Shown here piece after piece: positions 23,418 through 36,600 of a DNA stretch of 64,000 bases (position 1 is the stretch's first letter; each line of letters opens with the position of its first letter). The DNA is from Marsupella aquatica (taxonomy: Eukaryota > Plantae > Marchantiophyta). The stretch lies in contig OZ316892.1 in NCBI GenBank assembly GCA_973895155.1, positions 28,544,307 to 28,608,306 on the forward strand, in the 5' to 3' direction. The notes under the pieces are model-generated. The model ran no database searches and was not told the DNA's origin. It worked only from the letters and a program-made list of their open reading frames with translations. The translations under genes and the position numbers were made by a program.

Positions 23418-25000
23418 TTTTTTGCCTTGAAAAAACCAATTGAATTTCATTAAAAAAGCCAACATATATATATACAACAGGGGTGGCCCACTAAGGGGGT
23501 CGGCACCCAGGTGGACTTAAAGGTCAGTAAGCCACAAAAGCCCCGGGGGCAGCACCAGGGAAGAAGCATACACAGAACGGGAGCTAAACTAGAAATTTAA
23601 CAACTGCAGAAGGAGCGGCAAAACCCCCAAAGACCGGCCAGTGAACAAGGAACCAGCAAGGTACCCATCAGTGGATCCGTGATAGAGTCGCTATAAACTA
23701 TCGGCTAACCCCGGGCCTAACCTGCAGCATAGCTCCTCAACCTGAACATAGAGGGATCTCATGTTGGTCGTGGGGGGGGGGGGGGGGGACTGATGGCACT
23801 TGGAGTATCTCCTCATGGATATTCTACAGCCCAGCCCAGGTCCCGTAGTTGACGGACATGTCATTGAGTGCATCTGCAAAAGATGACTTGCCAGACTGAA
23901 TTCTGGACTTGTGATTGGACCAATCTCGACAGAGGTACACACTGAGGCAATGCCAAGACTTCTGAATTACTGTCTGGGCCTTTGATCTAGTAAGTTCGAT
24001 GCAGTGTGAGCTGCGGTCCTTCCAAATGTACCAGCAAATAATGGCCCAAAGGGTATGCCATAATTTCCCTGGTACATCCTATAACTTAGACAGAAGAGCC
24101 CCAATGAAAATGTGTGCTGGTTGAAGTTGGATTCCGCTGATGCTGGTGGTTGCCGCCCTCTGTAGAATGTATTGGACCCAGGAGGACCAGACTGATTCTG
24201 AGACAGGCAACTCCGGATGCAGTGAACCAGGTCTTCATGCTGGTTAAAATTACACCTTGTGCACCAGGTGTCAGGGTCCGTCAGTGGTAGAGTCGCAGGC
24301 GCCAGTGATGTGTAGTTGGTATCCTGTAAATCAATTGCCATAAGAAACAATTCTCATTTGCAGCCCTGTAAGGAATCCAAGTATGGCCGACAACATCTTC
24401 AAGTTGGGTGTCCAATTCAGTTGAATTGCCCACTTCCCTACCGCTTTGTGAGCTAGTTGTTGTGCTAAGTGGGCCCTGGATCTCCCTGAGATGAGGAGTG
24501 TAGTCTCAAGGAATGGTGTTTAGTCCTTCCATTCATATTGGAGTAGCAAAGCCGACTGATTGGTCCGTCTACCAATGTGCAAGTGATAGGGGGCAGTGGT
24601 CCTCTAGGATGTGGTCACAACAAGGGTGTAAGGTAGTGTCGGATGGAGGGGCTGAGGTAGCAATCTTTTGCAGGACCCCATTCATGACCTTGAATGTTCT
24701 GACGGTGTGAAAATGTCACATAACTGTTGCCACCATGATGTGATGTAATCATTCATGACCTTGAATGTCCTGACGGTGTGAAAATGTCACATGACTGTTG
24801 CCACCATGTGATGTAATTGTGTTGTATCTTGAATTCCCAGATGAATAGGGCCCCGCATGAACACTGGGATCCGTTGCCTGGGGTTCCCGTGGAATTCAGG
24901 TACACTAACCAAATTTGTCGGAGTTGGTCTGTGGAATCTGTGCGTGTACCCAGGAATGACATGTCAGAGTAACCCATGGCATCCCCCATAGTTCATGAGT
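23418..25000 (-). mobile_element. 5'-truncated, decayed L1-type LINE (3' end of ORF2 plus A-rich tail)
   Basis: Minus-strand C-terminal zinc motif WCTRC...EDLVHCIRSC; 3' end reads ...TTTAATGAAATTCAATTGGTTTTTTCAAGGCAAAAAA; internal ~70-bp tandem duplication at 24681-24818. Confidence 0.6.
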
Positions 25001-25698
25001 AAACGGTAGCAAAGATACAAAGCTAAATGTCAGACATTGAAACAATGAAGGCTAACTAGTGCAAAGACTTTTTTCTGTATCTCAAAAATCCTGTTACATT
25101 CAATTCTGGCCCCACCTCCGAACGCTGTGGTGCAACATCGATCGTCAAGGCTCTGCTTCGCCAGTTCGCCTATGCGATTGTTCATTCGGAACGTTAAATC
25201 ACGTTTTCTTATCAAATACGTCTGTCAGAATGGATCCATCATATAAGGATTTTACTCTGGTGTGGAATCTGGATCATAATTTTTGTAGACTCGACTTTAA
25301 ATCAAGCTAGGGGCTGTTTTGGAAATCGAATCTTCTGTAGTCGAGCAATTGAGGGTTATGCTGAGTTTCCCCTGTTTGAAACTGATCACACTCAGTAATT
25401 GCCCGCGTGATGTACTTTTTCACTTGACCAATTTTCTGAGGGGCGTTGTCACACAGAGCAATCACATTCGGAGCAGTTGCTCAATTTCCAAGTCAAGGAT
25501 TTGTCCAAGAAATTTTACTGAACAGAAACCTTTCCCGATCAATTTCAACCGTGTCATTCGACTATATCCGGTGTCCGTTCATTCTGGTGTCAGTTCAGCG
25601 GTCGTTCCAGAGTTCAAGATGAAGTAGTACTCTGTCGATCCAAATGTGACAGTGAATTTCTGAGGGGCGTTGTCACAGGCGTCTGAGGGGCGTTGTCA

Positions 25699-25772
25699 CA
25701 GGCTTTGAATGTACAGTAGCTATTGACCCTAAACACCCTGACCCATTATAGCTACTGTACATTCAAAGCCTG
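25699..25772. repeat. Perfect 25-bp inverted repeat with 24-nt loop
   Basis: CAGGCTTTGAATGTACAGTAGCTAT ... ATAGCTACTGTACATTCAAAGCCTG. Confidence 0.92.
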
Positions 25773-26288
25773 AAGCTTATGCCGCTGGCATTATGTATCG
25801 GTTCTCTAAAGACGGCGGATTATGTTCGTTCCCTAATGAAACTTGAATTTTGCAAATTTTGCTAGAACCTGCTCGACAAAGTTTCTAGATTGCGCGAAGT
25901 TGCTTGCAGAGTAGTTTTGGAGCTAAAGTACCCATAGCTTCTGGACGTTGTGACCACAACATGTGGGGATCGGAGCAAATTGAATGGATGCCTGTGTGTT
26001 GGCCTGCCGTGACCCAAAAACGGCCATCAATTTGGTGGCGCGCATTTTTGCCCGGTGCCGGCTACTTTTCTACTGGAGCGCCAGTGTTCCAGACGTTGAG
26101 CGACGAAATGGCAACGGTTTAGTTTGTGACGAAGAAGCGAAGCTGCCAATCTACGTTCCATGATTACAATCTATACAGCTCGATGCGGGGGCAGCGGGCT
26201 GGCTGGGACGGCCTAGTACGACTTCTGACAGGGAATCAGTCGAACCGAGTTACATCGATATAGTCAACATTACACCAGGCCTGGGTGA

Positions 26289-26558
26289 TTCAGTTCAGTT
26301 CAATTCAATTCAATTCATTGTAAATCTTACGAGATGAGGTCACTAGATGTGCTACAGGGGATTGAATTCTAGAGAATGACTCTCGAAACGTGTTTTGAGA
26401 TCACTTAACAGGACAGCTGTGGAGGTCATCCGTACCTAGCTGGAAGTTTCGATCTAATCTTCAACCTCAAATGCAGGTCAGCCTTTAAGGTGGTACGTAT
26501 GCTCTATTACAGACAGGCTTGCTGGAGACACCCCAAGATGCGGTTTCTTGTCTGAGTG
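26289..26558. repeat. 270-bp dispersed repeat, copy 1, with (TTCAG/TTCAA)n at one end
   Basis: Matches 42375-42644 with 4 substitutions seen. Confidence 0.92.
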
Positions 26559-26693
26559 CTTCGACCTGCAAGCACAACCCGGCTGCTTCCACTCACCTGC
26601 CCTCTGGCAGGGCGGCCTCCGTCGTCACCATAGCGTAAGCTAGTTACATACTTTGGTGCTGTCGGGCGAGCGGGTACGTTGTCGGAGGTCAAG

Positions 26694-28250
26694 ATGGAGA
26701 CGCCAAAAAAACGTGCACGGGTTGATCCAGTATGTAAACTACCTGCACCAGGCCAGCTAGTTTATAACCCAGAGAACAAATTTTTTGAGTTGTCCAAGTT
26801 ACACCTCGAAGATTCTGGTCTCGATATTGTGAGTCAGTCTCTGTTTTGCCGCGAACAATTTCACCTGCTTTTTAGTTTCCTTGAGAATACCCTCGACACT
26901 CCGAGATTAGTGGACCCAGAGGGTAGGCAAAATCCATATACATTAGCGTGGATCCTGGGATCGCCAGGGACAGGGAAATCTAATACAGTTCTGGCGTTTG
27001 CGTGGACCCTCCCCCGGCTCATATGGGCATTTTCGTGGATACATCTGGAGGGGGGACTGCTGGAGTGTGTCCAGGTTGAGGGCTCTGCCAAGCGGACCCT
27101 TGTCAGCCGTGATCCAGACAGCCTAGTGACCTTTCTAGACGCGGTACATGACGACCAGCATCACGTTGTGTTTGCTGACGGTTTTACGGCTGATGACAAT
27201 AGGCATAGTCGAATTGAAGAAATTTGTATTGACTGGCATCAAGCAAATTATAAAATCCGTCGCTTAATTATCATCTGCTCGTTTTCAAAGCGTGGAAAGA
27301 ATACAAATGTAATAGATTTAAGATTAAATTGCAAAGAATTTATTGTCGAATCTTGGACCAAAGAACAATTTATAGATGCAGTCACGAATGATCAGTTCTA
27401 TAACGACGTCAAACAAAATCTGGATGCAACGGAACGTGAATGTACCTCTCGGGAAGAACAGGTCGAATCGAAATATTATTTTGGAGGGGGATCGTGCAGG
27501 TACATGTTTCAGTTTTCTACAGAAATGGTTATCTGTTCCATTTGCAATGCACTTGAGTGTGTTACTGATATCGTGCCCTATATAGTTGACACCATAGGCG
27601 TACGCTCAAGGGATGTTGTCAACAGGGTGTTGAGTTGTTATAAGGATTCAAGGTCAAACAGGAGAAACTATTCGATCGTCAGCCGTTTTGCTGCAACCCA
27701 AGTGGCACTGCAATGGGGGCCACAGGTGATAGATCGCCTTTCACAATGTCTGCGACAATATCCGAATCCCGCCATGGATGGCTGGTTATTTGAGATGCGC
27801 TTTTTTGCTGAAATCCGCCACAAAGGTGTCACAGTTCAGGTCGAAGACAGTGAACCAGAAACCTGGCCACGCTCGGAAGTCAATCTGGTTGACACCTCCA
27901 AAATCCAAGCTGTTCCAGAGGACGCCCAATGGTGGAAACCTAAAAAATGGAATCAGGCTGGTTATGACGCCGTGTTTGTAGATAAGTCAGAACGGAAGGT
28001 ACGCTTCATCCAACTGACTATCGCTTTAAAACACTCGTTCAAACTAAAGCCGTTTCACAAGCTAGTGATGCAACTCAGTGACCACATTGAGATAGAAGTG
28101 TTGGAAATTTTCTCCTTGTCTCCTAAAGGCGTCACACTTAAAATTTCTGAAGTCACGGGAGCAGGCTTGTTACATGCGTTCAAAGGTTGGGAAAAATGTA
28201 CAGAAAAGAGAGGAGTAAAGAAAGGTTGGCTCAATTTCTCATCGGAGTAA
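26694..28250 (+). CDS. Crinkler (CRN)-like P-loop NTPase + PD-(D/E)xK-type nuclease protein, 518 aa, intronless
   Basis: Walker A GSPGTGKS, Walker B-like VVFADG, KYYFGGGSCRYMF, GWLFE, and C-terminal P..WNQAGYDAV...FIQLTIA..H; basic NLS-like PKKRAR at the N-terminus. Confidence 0.8.
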   Translation: METPKKRARVDPVCKLPAPGQLVYNPENKFFELSKLHLEDSGLDIVSQSLFCREQFHLLFSFLENTLDTPRLVDPEGRQNPYTLAWILGSPGTGKSNTVLAFAWTLPRLIWAFSWIHLEGGLLECVQVEGSAKRTLVSRDPDSLVTFLDAVHDDQHHVVFADGFTADDNRHSRIEEICIDWHQANYKIRRLIIICSFSKRGKNTNVIDLRLNCKEFIVESWTKEQFIDAVTNDQFYNDVKQNLDATERECTSREEQVESKYYFGGGSCRYMFQFSTEMVICSICNALECVTDIVPYIVDTIGVRSRDVVNRVLSCYKDSRSNRRNYSIVSRFAATQVALQWGPQVIDRLSQCLRQYPNPAMDGWLFEMRFFAEIRHKGVTVQVEDSEPETWPRSEVNLVDTSKIQAVPEDAQWWKPKKWNQAGYDAVFVDKSERKVRFIQLTIALKHSFKLKPFHKLVMQLSDHIEIEVLEIFSLSPKGVTLKISEVTGAGLLHAFKGWEKCTEKRGVKKGWLNFSSE

Positions 28251-28584
28251 TAGCCTTTACAGATGATATCTCTACTGGTTTTTTGCCTTGGAAGAACTTC
28301 TGGATGCATTCGCACTGTTGATCCTAAATAGGTTCTGGTTCTTCAAAATATGAAATACTCTTTCCTATGCATGATTATGCTATATGTGAAATTTGTACTA
28401 CGAGTTACTTGTGATTTAATTGTAGTATGGTGGACTTATTGACAAGACTACTGGAACTTGTGATTTAAGTGTGGACTTATAAGAAGACAAAGCAATATAA
28501 AAAATGTGGATCATTCTTTGTGGGCCACTCTTTTGGAATTCTTGAATTCCTCTTACCTTTTCATTGGCTCGTTGAGTCATTCCT

Positions 28585-29350
28585 TCAATCCTCGGTGCAT
28601 TTGTTGAGCTGTATAGCCGAAAAGAGCATTTCAGCTCTTGTTACAATGCATTTAACTTTACCTGTAAGCGTAGCTCCTGGAACCTCGCTGCCTTCGGTGC
28701 CTCTTGGAAACTCTGCGTAGTCATTCCATTTCCTCACCATAGTTACTACAGCTAGAGAGCTTGCAATCGTCGCAATCCAAGAGGCTCTCTCACACTCTGT
28801 CATAAGCGACGGCAGCCACGGATTCCGAGACAGTCCAAGCAATTGAGTCTCTACACGAAGAGATGGACTTCAAGAATGAAGTTCTTGTTCGACAGATGCT
28901 CAAGGGCTTACCCCAGCCTAATTTGTACAGCTGCCAAGTGAGGAACGTTTCGAGGTTTATAAGCAGCATCTCGTAATGAGAAACGATTATGTTCGAATTC
29001 ACGAGGACCACGAGTCCTATCGTTACTTTAATCCTGAGATTGGCCAAGGGGGCGCATTGAGGCAGGAATGGTAAATGGGCGACGATGCTGCTGGACAAAA
29101 GATTGTGAGAGAAGCACGATCAGTGTTTTGCATGAAGAACAACTTTGATTGGCTTGGTGAGTTTTTGTTTGATTCTTGAGCCTTGAAACCAACAAACATC
29201 GGCGGTCTCATTCGAAATTTCTATTGATGTGTACGAGTTTGACGATAGCATTCGCAGCAGCATGGACAGCGAAGAAGAGCAGGACGAGTTAGAAGTTAGC
29301 ATTAACAGCAGCACAGCGAAGAACAGCAGGAGACCGAGACTGTGCCTCAT
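28585..29350 (-). pseudogene. Possible decayed gene for a signal-anchored protein, family unassigned
   Basis: ATG 29350 followed by a hydrophobic stretch (LGLLLFFAVLLLML); the frame continues past stops into ORFs 28790-29098 and 28585-28842. Confidence 0.3.
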
Positions 29351-29429
29351 CTTAGACTGCTTAGGAAACTTCTCAACTTGAAGGACGCTAACTTTATTGA
29401 GATTCTAGTTCATAATGGAGGTGCCTTGG

Positions 29430-29831
29430 ATGGGAGTGATCCCAAGACGCAGGCGACCGTGAAGGAGATCTTTCCGATTGTAAAAGAACTGATTGGAAAA
29501 ATGTGAAGAGTTCTCCATTCGGCATGTCTACAAGAAGCCAGAGGATCCGGGTACGATTTACCATGACCTCCCACCATACTTCACTGGGGACGGCACGTTG
29601 AATGTGTGCACCGGAAGGGAGTTGCGGTGCAATGTCTGGGTTGACTGCCCAGCTGAAGAGGGCTGCTATTCACCTGGTATCTATGAGCACAATGAATCCG
29701 ACTGTTGGCTCAAACAGAATGAACAACCAAGAACCAATGTCAAAGGACGTTACTCCCCTGCCTATAGAGAGGAGCACCCTAATTGTACAGAGGTGGTGGC
29801 CTGGGCTTCAGATCTGATCTATCTAGTTTAA
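29430..29831 (+). pseudogene. Fragment of a plant PAN/apple-like domain protein, internally deleted
   Basis: CNVWV.CP.EEGCYSP.IYEH...CWLKQ.E.P..N.K..YS..YR..HP....VV.W.S resembles the conserved C-terminus of this plant family; no proper start. Confidence 0.65.
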
Positions 29832-32800
29832 ATGGAGTGCCTTTCTAGGAATTCTGAGTGCAAGGTGCGAAACTGAGTTTGAATGCCGAGTTCCTATGCT
29901 GGCTATGCAGGCTTTCTGTGAATGATGCTAAGGATGGTCCAGGGCCACTTAATTCGGATCCTTCGCGTTTTCACATCTTCTCCGACTCTCTCAAAATATA
30001 TCGTGCCTCGTTCAAGGAGTTGGGTTGTCAACAGCCTCTCTCGTATAAATGTCTACAAAACAACAAGCTAACTAAATTTATACAACGCTGGCGAAGTCTC
30101 TCTATTGATCACGTGAGATGCCTGAAGTCTATATCTATTGGTCACGGTGAGATGATTAGGGTCGTCTGGACGAGTTTGCTTGGGATCTTTTGGCTTGAAG
30201 TCGTACGACTGAACTGTTCCTTGTTCCCAAGAGAGCCAAGAAAATGGGAGGGGACGAATTCCGTTGACCCTTCTACCCACGGACAATCTGTTGACTCGGA
30301 GTTGACCTGTTGTGGATTGAATTCAACTAGACTAGCATAAATTTGAAAATTAAGTAACACCCACGCTTCGTGTAGATAGGTGAATTGGTTAGGAAGTTAG
30401 TAGTGCACAAAATCCTAGCCATATCCCTTAGCATGCATACCTTCAAATATTTCTCAACATTTGCTTGTTTGTGTATTGAATTCTGTGGTGAATTGCAGAC
30501 TCAACATATGTGGTTTCCACATAGAGGAGATCCCTACTGGCACTCGTATTATAAGCTCAGGGTTCTGCTCGCTAAATTTCTTCTAAAGTATAGCGAAAAC
30601 TCCTGGAAGAAACATGGCGGAAGGGAACGCTGGAAGGCTACATTTGTACACACCATCCACACCAACAACTTGTTCCGAGGCAGTAATATCTCCGTCAAGC
30701 AGTGTCTTTCAATGCTGAGGGACACTAGCGAGAGTTTTAGTAGGTTCTCACAGTCGACGAAATTGAGATTATACTATTTTCAAGTCGTAATCCAGTTCGT
30801 TTAGACTCAGAGCAGTCCATCTGCACGTCCCTGAATTTGGGACCAAGTAAGCAGATGAGGTTCAATGTCAAATGCGAAATCCCTTTCCATCCTTTCCGGT
30901 AGTTGTTTTTTTCAGAATTAGTTGTCAAAGGGAGGAAAGTGTGTTTTGTAAGCTCCTTTCGGTGCTCTCATCACATAGACTTGACTGGTTGGAGCTAATG
31001 TGCAGGCTTGCAATTCATATGAAATTGCAACATACTAGTACGTGTGATTCACCTTTGAGTTTCAATGGATAGATCAGATCTCTCAAAAATATTTCTTTGT
31101 TCATAAGCTGCTGCAGATTTCTGTCCATGAAAATGTTTGGGCATTCTGTGATGGTAGGTTTGCAATTAGGGAAGAAACCAAATCCGATGGAGCAAAAGCC
31201 CCTGTCACCTTATTATCTTTGAATAGCATCATTGGCTCATCACCTGCTGTAATTTTGTGTATGAAAATGTGTGGACATTCTGTGGTGGTAAGGTTTAAAG
31301 GGTGGGATAAAGAAAAAAAAGGGCTTTGAAGCAGATTTCCCGTATCATCATCGGCTCCCTTCTCTGAGAAAGTTGGCGAGTGGATTGTGGCCTGGCTTGC
31401 AGGTGTTGTAGGCAACCGTCTTGGCCCAATTTGGCTATCCAGATGGGAGTGCGGAACTCATAGGTGAATTCTTGTTGTCTTTTCTATCAATCTCTACCCG
31501 TTTGGAATTGAATGAATATTAGGATGCCTAGAAAAGTGGTCCCGATCCAGACAGGTTTGAATCACAGCAACACGATCAGCTAAACGAGAGGAGGTTTGTC
31601 TGACTGTTGCCTTGAGCAACATGATCCCACACAGAAGTGATAATAAAAGCAGTAATTCTGTGCTCAAGCAACTATGCTAGAATCTGGTCTGTTTGGGGTT
31701 CATTGTGCCTGCTTGGGTTTGTTGCGGTACTTCATTAACCACAATAAAATGTTACAGGTGGTTGGCATATGTGCTGCCTACAACCACTAGATCACCCGAA
31801 CCTCTTCCCTCCAGATTACAGCAAAATTTTCTTATTATCCACCTGAATGAGTGAAAACCCTCACATGAGCAGCTTGTACTGGTCTCATTATGCAGCCCAA
31901 ACCAATATAGCTTTCTGTGTATTGGTGCCAAGAAAAATCCACTCTTTAGTTTGGTTTACTTCCATAAAGTTTGAGGATCTGCCAAACGAGAAGTTTGGTG
32001 TTCACAGTGGCAAAACATGGAACTGTCTCAAAATCCACTCACCTAGTTTGTAGCATGTCTACGAGCGACAGTAAATGTCACAACGGCACTCTCCGTTGTT
32101 ATGTAAGTAGTTCTACCATTCAAGAACCCAAAGACTTCATATAATTCTACACCAGACTCGCTCAATGTCACAACCGCATCTTGAAGTGCTATGTAAGAGT
32201 TGCTGACATTCAGGACTTTGTGCAATTGTACACTGTTGATTTCGCAAATTGAATATAGCTTTGACCTGATGCAAGTGCAGAAGTTTCAGAGCCAAAGGGC
32301 CAAAGGAGAATCTTTGGCTGAAAGCAATCCAGAGTCTTTACCGGAGACTTCAGATTGTCACACCAAAGGTAGATCTCGGCAGGTAACAAGTGCTTTGACA
32401 GTAGGGCACCTCGGAAGATCCGATCCTCTCTCGTTACCTTGCCTGTGCTGCTTGCTGGACAGATGCCAAGGGCAGGTCCTTTAGTGGGGCATCTCTTACT
32501 TGGGAGGAGCGAGCGAAACTGAAGAAGGCAGCAGATATTAGTGCTTCATAGGATCAATTGGCCCACTAATAACAGGGGAGAGATCTAGAAGCTTGCCAGA
32601 ATTGGCAAATTTCAACTCGAAAGCTCAAATCAGACTCGGCAGGACTACTCGTGCATGCTAAAATGGGATGTACATATGGGCAGATCCCACATCTCACTTC
32701 GAATGAGATGATGGAGATTTGAAGTAACACAAAAGTCAATCTTGCTTGTCCATGCCCATGGAAAATGCCCATGGAAAAAGCGGCAAGGCGATAAGAGCCA

Positions 32801-33689
32801 AGAACAGTCGAATGCCAGGGCCGATGGTTAGCTGGGGGCCTACTCCACTAACGCCACTGGGCAAACTAAAACCCAAATGGAACTAGACCCAAAGCGAATC
32901 TCAAGCTTCTTATCGGTGTATCCATCTACTATATGGTGAATCCATCTTCCAGTATTTTGTCTTATTCAAACTTCTTTTCTTGTGTATTTTAATTTAATAT
33001 GTCTTACCAAGGTGCATCCCTTGTATATTTTAGATTTTGAATTTAATCTGGCACCCCTCTAAATTTTTCAATCTTTGCTATACTAAAGCTCAGGGAAGTT
33101 CTAGCCCTTATTCTGATGAGTGAAGAAGAAATGATCTAATTAAAGTGCACTATTCATGTCTTTAAGTTCTAATCATGGTTTTGTGTCCTAAATTTATGGT
33201 TTTAATTCATTTGAGTGTCATTACCTAAGATAAGTACATAAGTATCTTTACTGGTGTATAGTATGTGCAGAACCCAATACCATAGACTTAAATTTACTGT
33301 TCATTATTACTTTTCTTTACATGTGTACTTTTACTCTTGTACCTTATGTGCACAACTTTTCAATGTCACGCTTCCTAATCAATGTACTATTTATATTTGC
33401 CACAAAAAAATCAGATCACCTGTATTTCACTAAAAGAACTTAAACTTTTTGCTAGAGGACAAAATAACTTTTCATGTTCCAGGATGAGTATGCTATATTG
33501 GCGCGAACTGTGTGCAATCAAATGGATTGCACGCAGGGAAAGAAGATCCCATCCAAGCTATATAAAACTAAAGTTCACCTAAGCTAGTCAACATATCTCA
33601 TCTTTACTACAATCACTACACTAAATTTTAATAAAAATAAGTGGACTTGAGCTCTAGACAAATGCCTCTGGATAATCAGAACTCTAAAG

Positions 33690-36600
33690 ACATCATTATT
33701 TTGAAAAGTATGGGGTTTTCCCTTCTTTTCTCCCGTTAATGGGGTCTTCTGCCTTTGGGATCCTAACTACTGGTTTGGTTTCTCTATGGCAGTGTGACAC
33801 TCATGGTTTGGTATTTTTGTTCTTTTCCGATGTGATAAATATACTGTTGAGGGTAATAAAATTAGTAATTTCCCAAAGGTTATTGCGTAAACTGTTAAGA
33901 CATCATTATTTTGGAGAAGAATGGTTTTACCCTTTGGGATCCTGGCTCCTGGTTTGGTTTTTCTATGGCCATGTGATACTAGTGGTTTGGTTTTTATTTG
34001 TTCAACCAGGCTAATTGTTTAGTTACAGGTTCTGTTGTTTTCTGTGCTGTATTTAAAACTGGAAATACTGTCTCATAGAAGTGGCAATCGGTGAATCTGG
34101 CTTTGTATACATTGGCAGTTGTAGGTTCCAGGTATCTGATAATGGATGTGGAGTCAAAACCGATGTAAATTCCCTTCTGCCTCTGGGGTCCCAGTTTAGT
34201 CCTCTTGGGTCCCATTATGAGAACCAAGACCTGGCAGCCGAATGTTTGGAGGTGTACCAGGTTAGGTGAGGTTCCAAATGCAAGGTGATGTGGAGAACTG
34301 GTGTTGAAGGTAGATGGCCTGTATCTGAGGAGTGCCGCAACGTGTAGAATAGCATGGCCCCAGGCAGAAGGTGGGAGACTGGTTGCATAAGGAGTGGTCG
34401 GGCTATTGTCTGTAAATGTTTAATGAGGGATTCTGCGATCCCGTTTTGAAAGTGGACATAGGCTACAGGGTATTCAACTTCGATCCCAGATGCAGTGCAG
34501 AAATCATCAAATGTCTATGATGTGAATTCTCCCGCGTTGTCTACTCTCAGTGTTTTAATAGGGTGGTCTGGAAATTGTGCTTTTAGTCGCAGGATGTGAG
34601 CTAGTAGGCGGGAGAAGACTAAGTTGCGTGTTGAAAGAAGTGAGACTTGGGACCATTTTGATGAGGCGTCTATGGTGGCTAAAAAGAACCTGAAGGGTCC
34701 GCTTGGGGGTCTACTGGGCCACATACGGCTGCATGGATTTGCTCAAGGAATCTGGGAATGTTCTTATCTGTTGTGGATGGGGAAGGTCTCATTGTGAGCT
34801 TTCCCTGTGAGCACGCAAGGCAAGGGGATCGCATGGAGGTTGGGCGTACTGTGGTGGGTATTCCCTGCATGTCTTTGAGGATCTTATGAAACATCTGTAT
34901 GCCTGGGTGTCCCAGGCGGCGGTGCCATGTTTCAGTTATTGTCTGTGTAGGGGTGTCAGTGAAAAAGGTGTGGATTCTAATGGCATAGAATCCCAGTGGG
35001 AAAGCTATCATGCAATGTCTCTTTTATTTCTATGCCATTCTTGGTCTTGGCTACTATGTGTAATACCTCTTGGGATTCGTGGATGTGCAGGCCGTTCTCC
35101 CGGATGTCTTTGAAACTCAAGAGGTTACGTGTAGCCTTCGGGGCATATATTGCGGATTTGATGTGTATAACTGTGCCCTTGGGCAGGACCAGGTTGGCTG
35201 GGCCATTGCCCTCCTCTAACTGGTGGTTGCCCATAATTGTGGTAACTCTACGTTGGGAAGGTACGATTTGAGTAAAATAAACTTTGGTTCTTAATATCAA
35301 GTGTGAGGTCCCGCTGTCCAGTATGCAGCAATTAGGGTCATCCAGGGCTTTAGACATTTCTGACTGGAAAGCAAGGTGCAATTTGGGTAAGATCTCTAGA
35401 GTTTCTAGGAATGCTCCACGCGTCTCGTATTCGTCATTATGTAAGTTCTTCTGGTATAGTGCGACGAGATGTGCTGGAGCTCGTCATGTTTTCCTAATGT
35501 GACCTTTAGTCCCACACCTATGGCAAGTAGGAGGGTTGTCAAACTTATCTGTGTGGGCTTTCTGCCGTTGTTGATTGTCGTTGTTTCTTGTCCAGTTGTT
35601 GCGGAAGGTTCCCAGTTGCGTTCTGCCCCGACCCCTTCCTCCACGGTAATTACTTCTTCCGCCCCGCTGAAAAGGATTGCCCAGTCCGTGAAAGTTGTTC
35701 CTTCTGCGATTGCTACCTCGGCCATGATATGAGGTGCCAGAGCCTCGTCTCCATGTATTGAAGTGTGTTTCGGGTTTAGTTTGTGGAGGTAGGGTCCCTG
35801 GGGGTCGCTGCTTGGTATTCTATAATAGTAGGATTTGATATTTCTCTACTAGCAACATGTGGGCAATTAGTTCAGAGTATGTCGTGAATCTCATGTTGTG
35901 GTATTGAGTGGATAGTACTAAATTGGTTGAGTGGAATGTTGACAGGGTCTTTTTGATTTGTTCTTCTTCGTCGACCGGGTGGCCGCAGATCGCCAATTGT
36001 GATACGATTCGGAAAAGTTCGTTGTTATACTCAACAATTGTCTTGTGATCCTGTACACGGAGATTAATCCAGTCATGCCTCGCTGCCGGGAGGAAAATTG
36101 TGCACGTATGGTTGAATCTTGCATGGAGCTCGTCCCATAGGACTCGAGGGTTGTAGGCATTCATATATTGGCGCTTCAAAGAATCAGCAAGGTGGTGTCG
36201 GATTAGGATCAAGGCCTTGGCCTTCTCCTGTAGAGTAGGGCCATTGTCTGTTAGGATTGTGTCTTCTAGGTTCTTTGATGCGAGGTGGGCCTCGACATCC
36301 AAGGTCCAGGATAGGAAATTGGATTCATCGATGCATAATGCTTGGAAATACAATTTCTCGATTGCATTTGTTGTCATTGTATCCAATGATGAGTGTAGTT
36401 TCTTAGAATCCCGGTGCGGATCCTTCTCTGCTCAACGATATTTTGTGATGTGTAACATTTGGCAGATGTATTTGCCTCGGATTGTAATAATTGAAATTTC
36501 CTGGATTATTGTCGAGGGTGTATATTGGTCGTCTACGATCATTTTCCCTCCATCACATTGCGAATGGGGAGTAAAAGAAAAAGGAACTTCAGTCTGGAAT

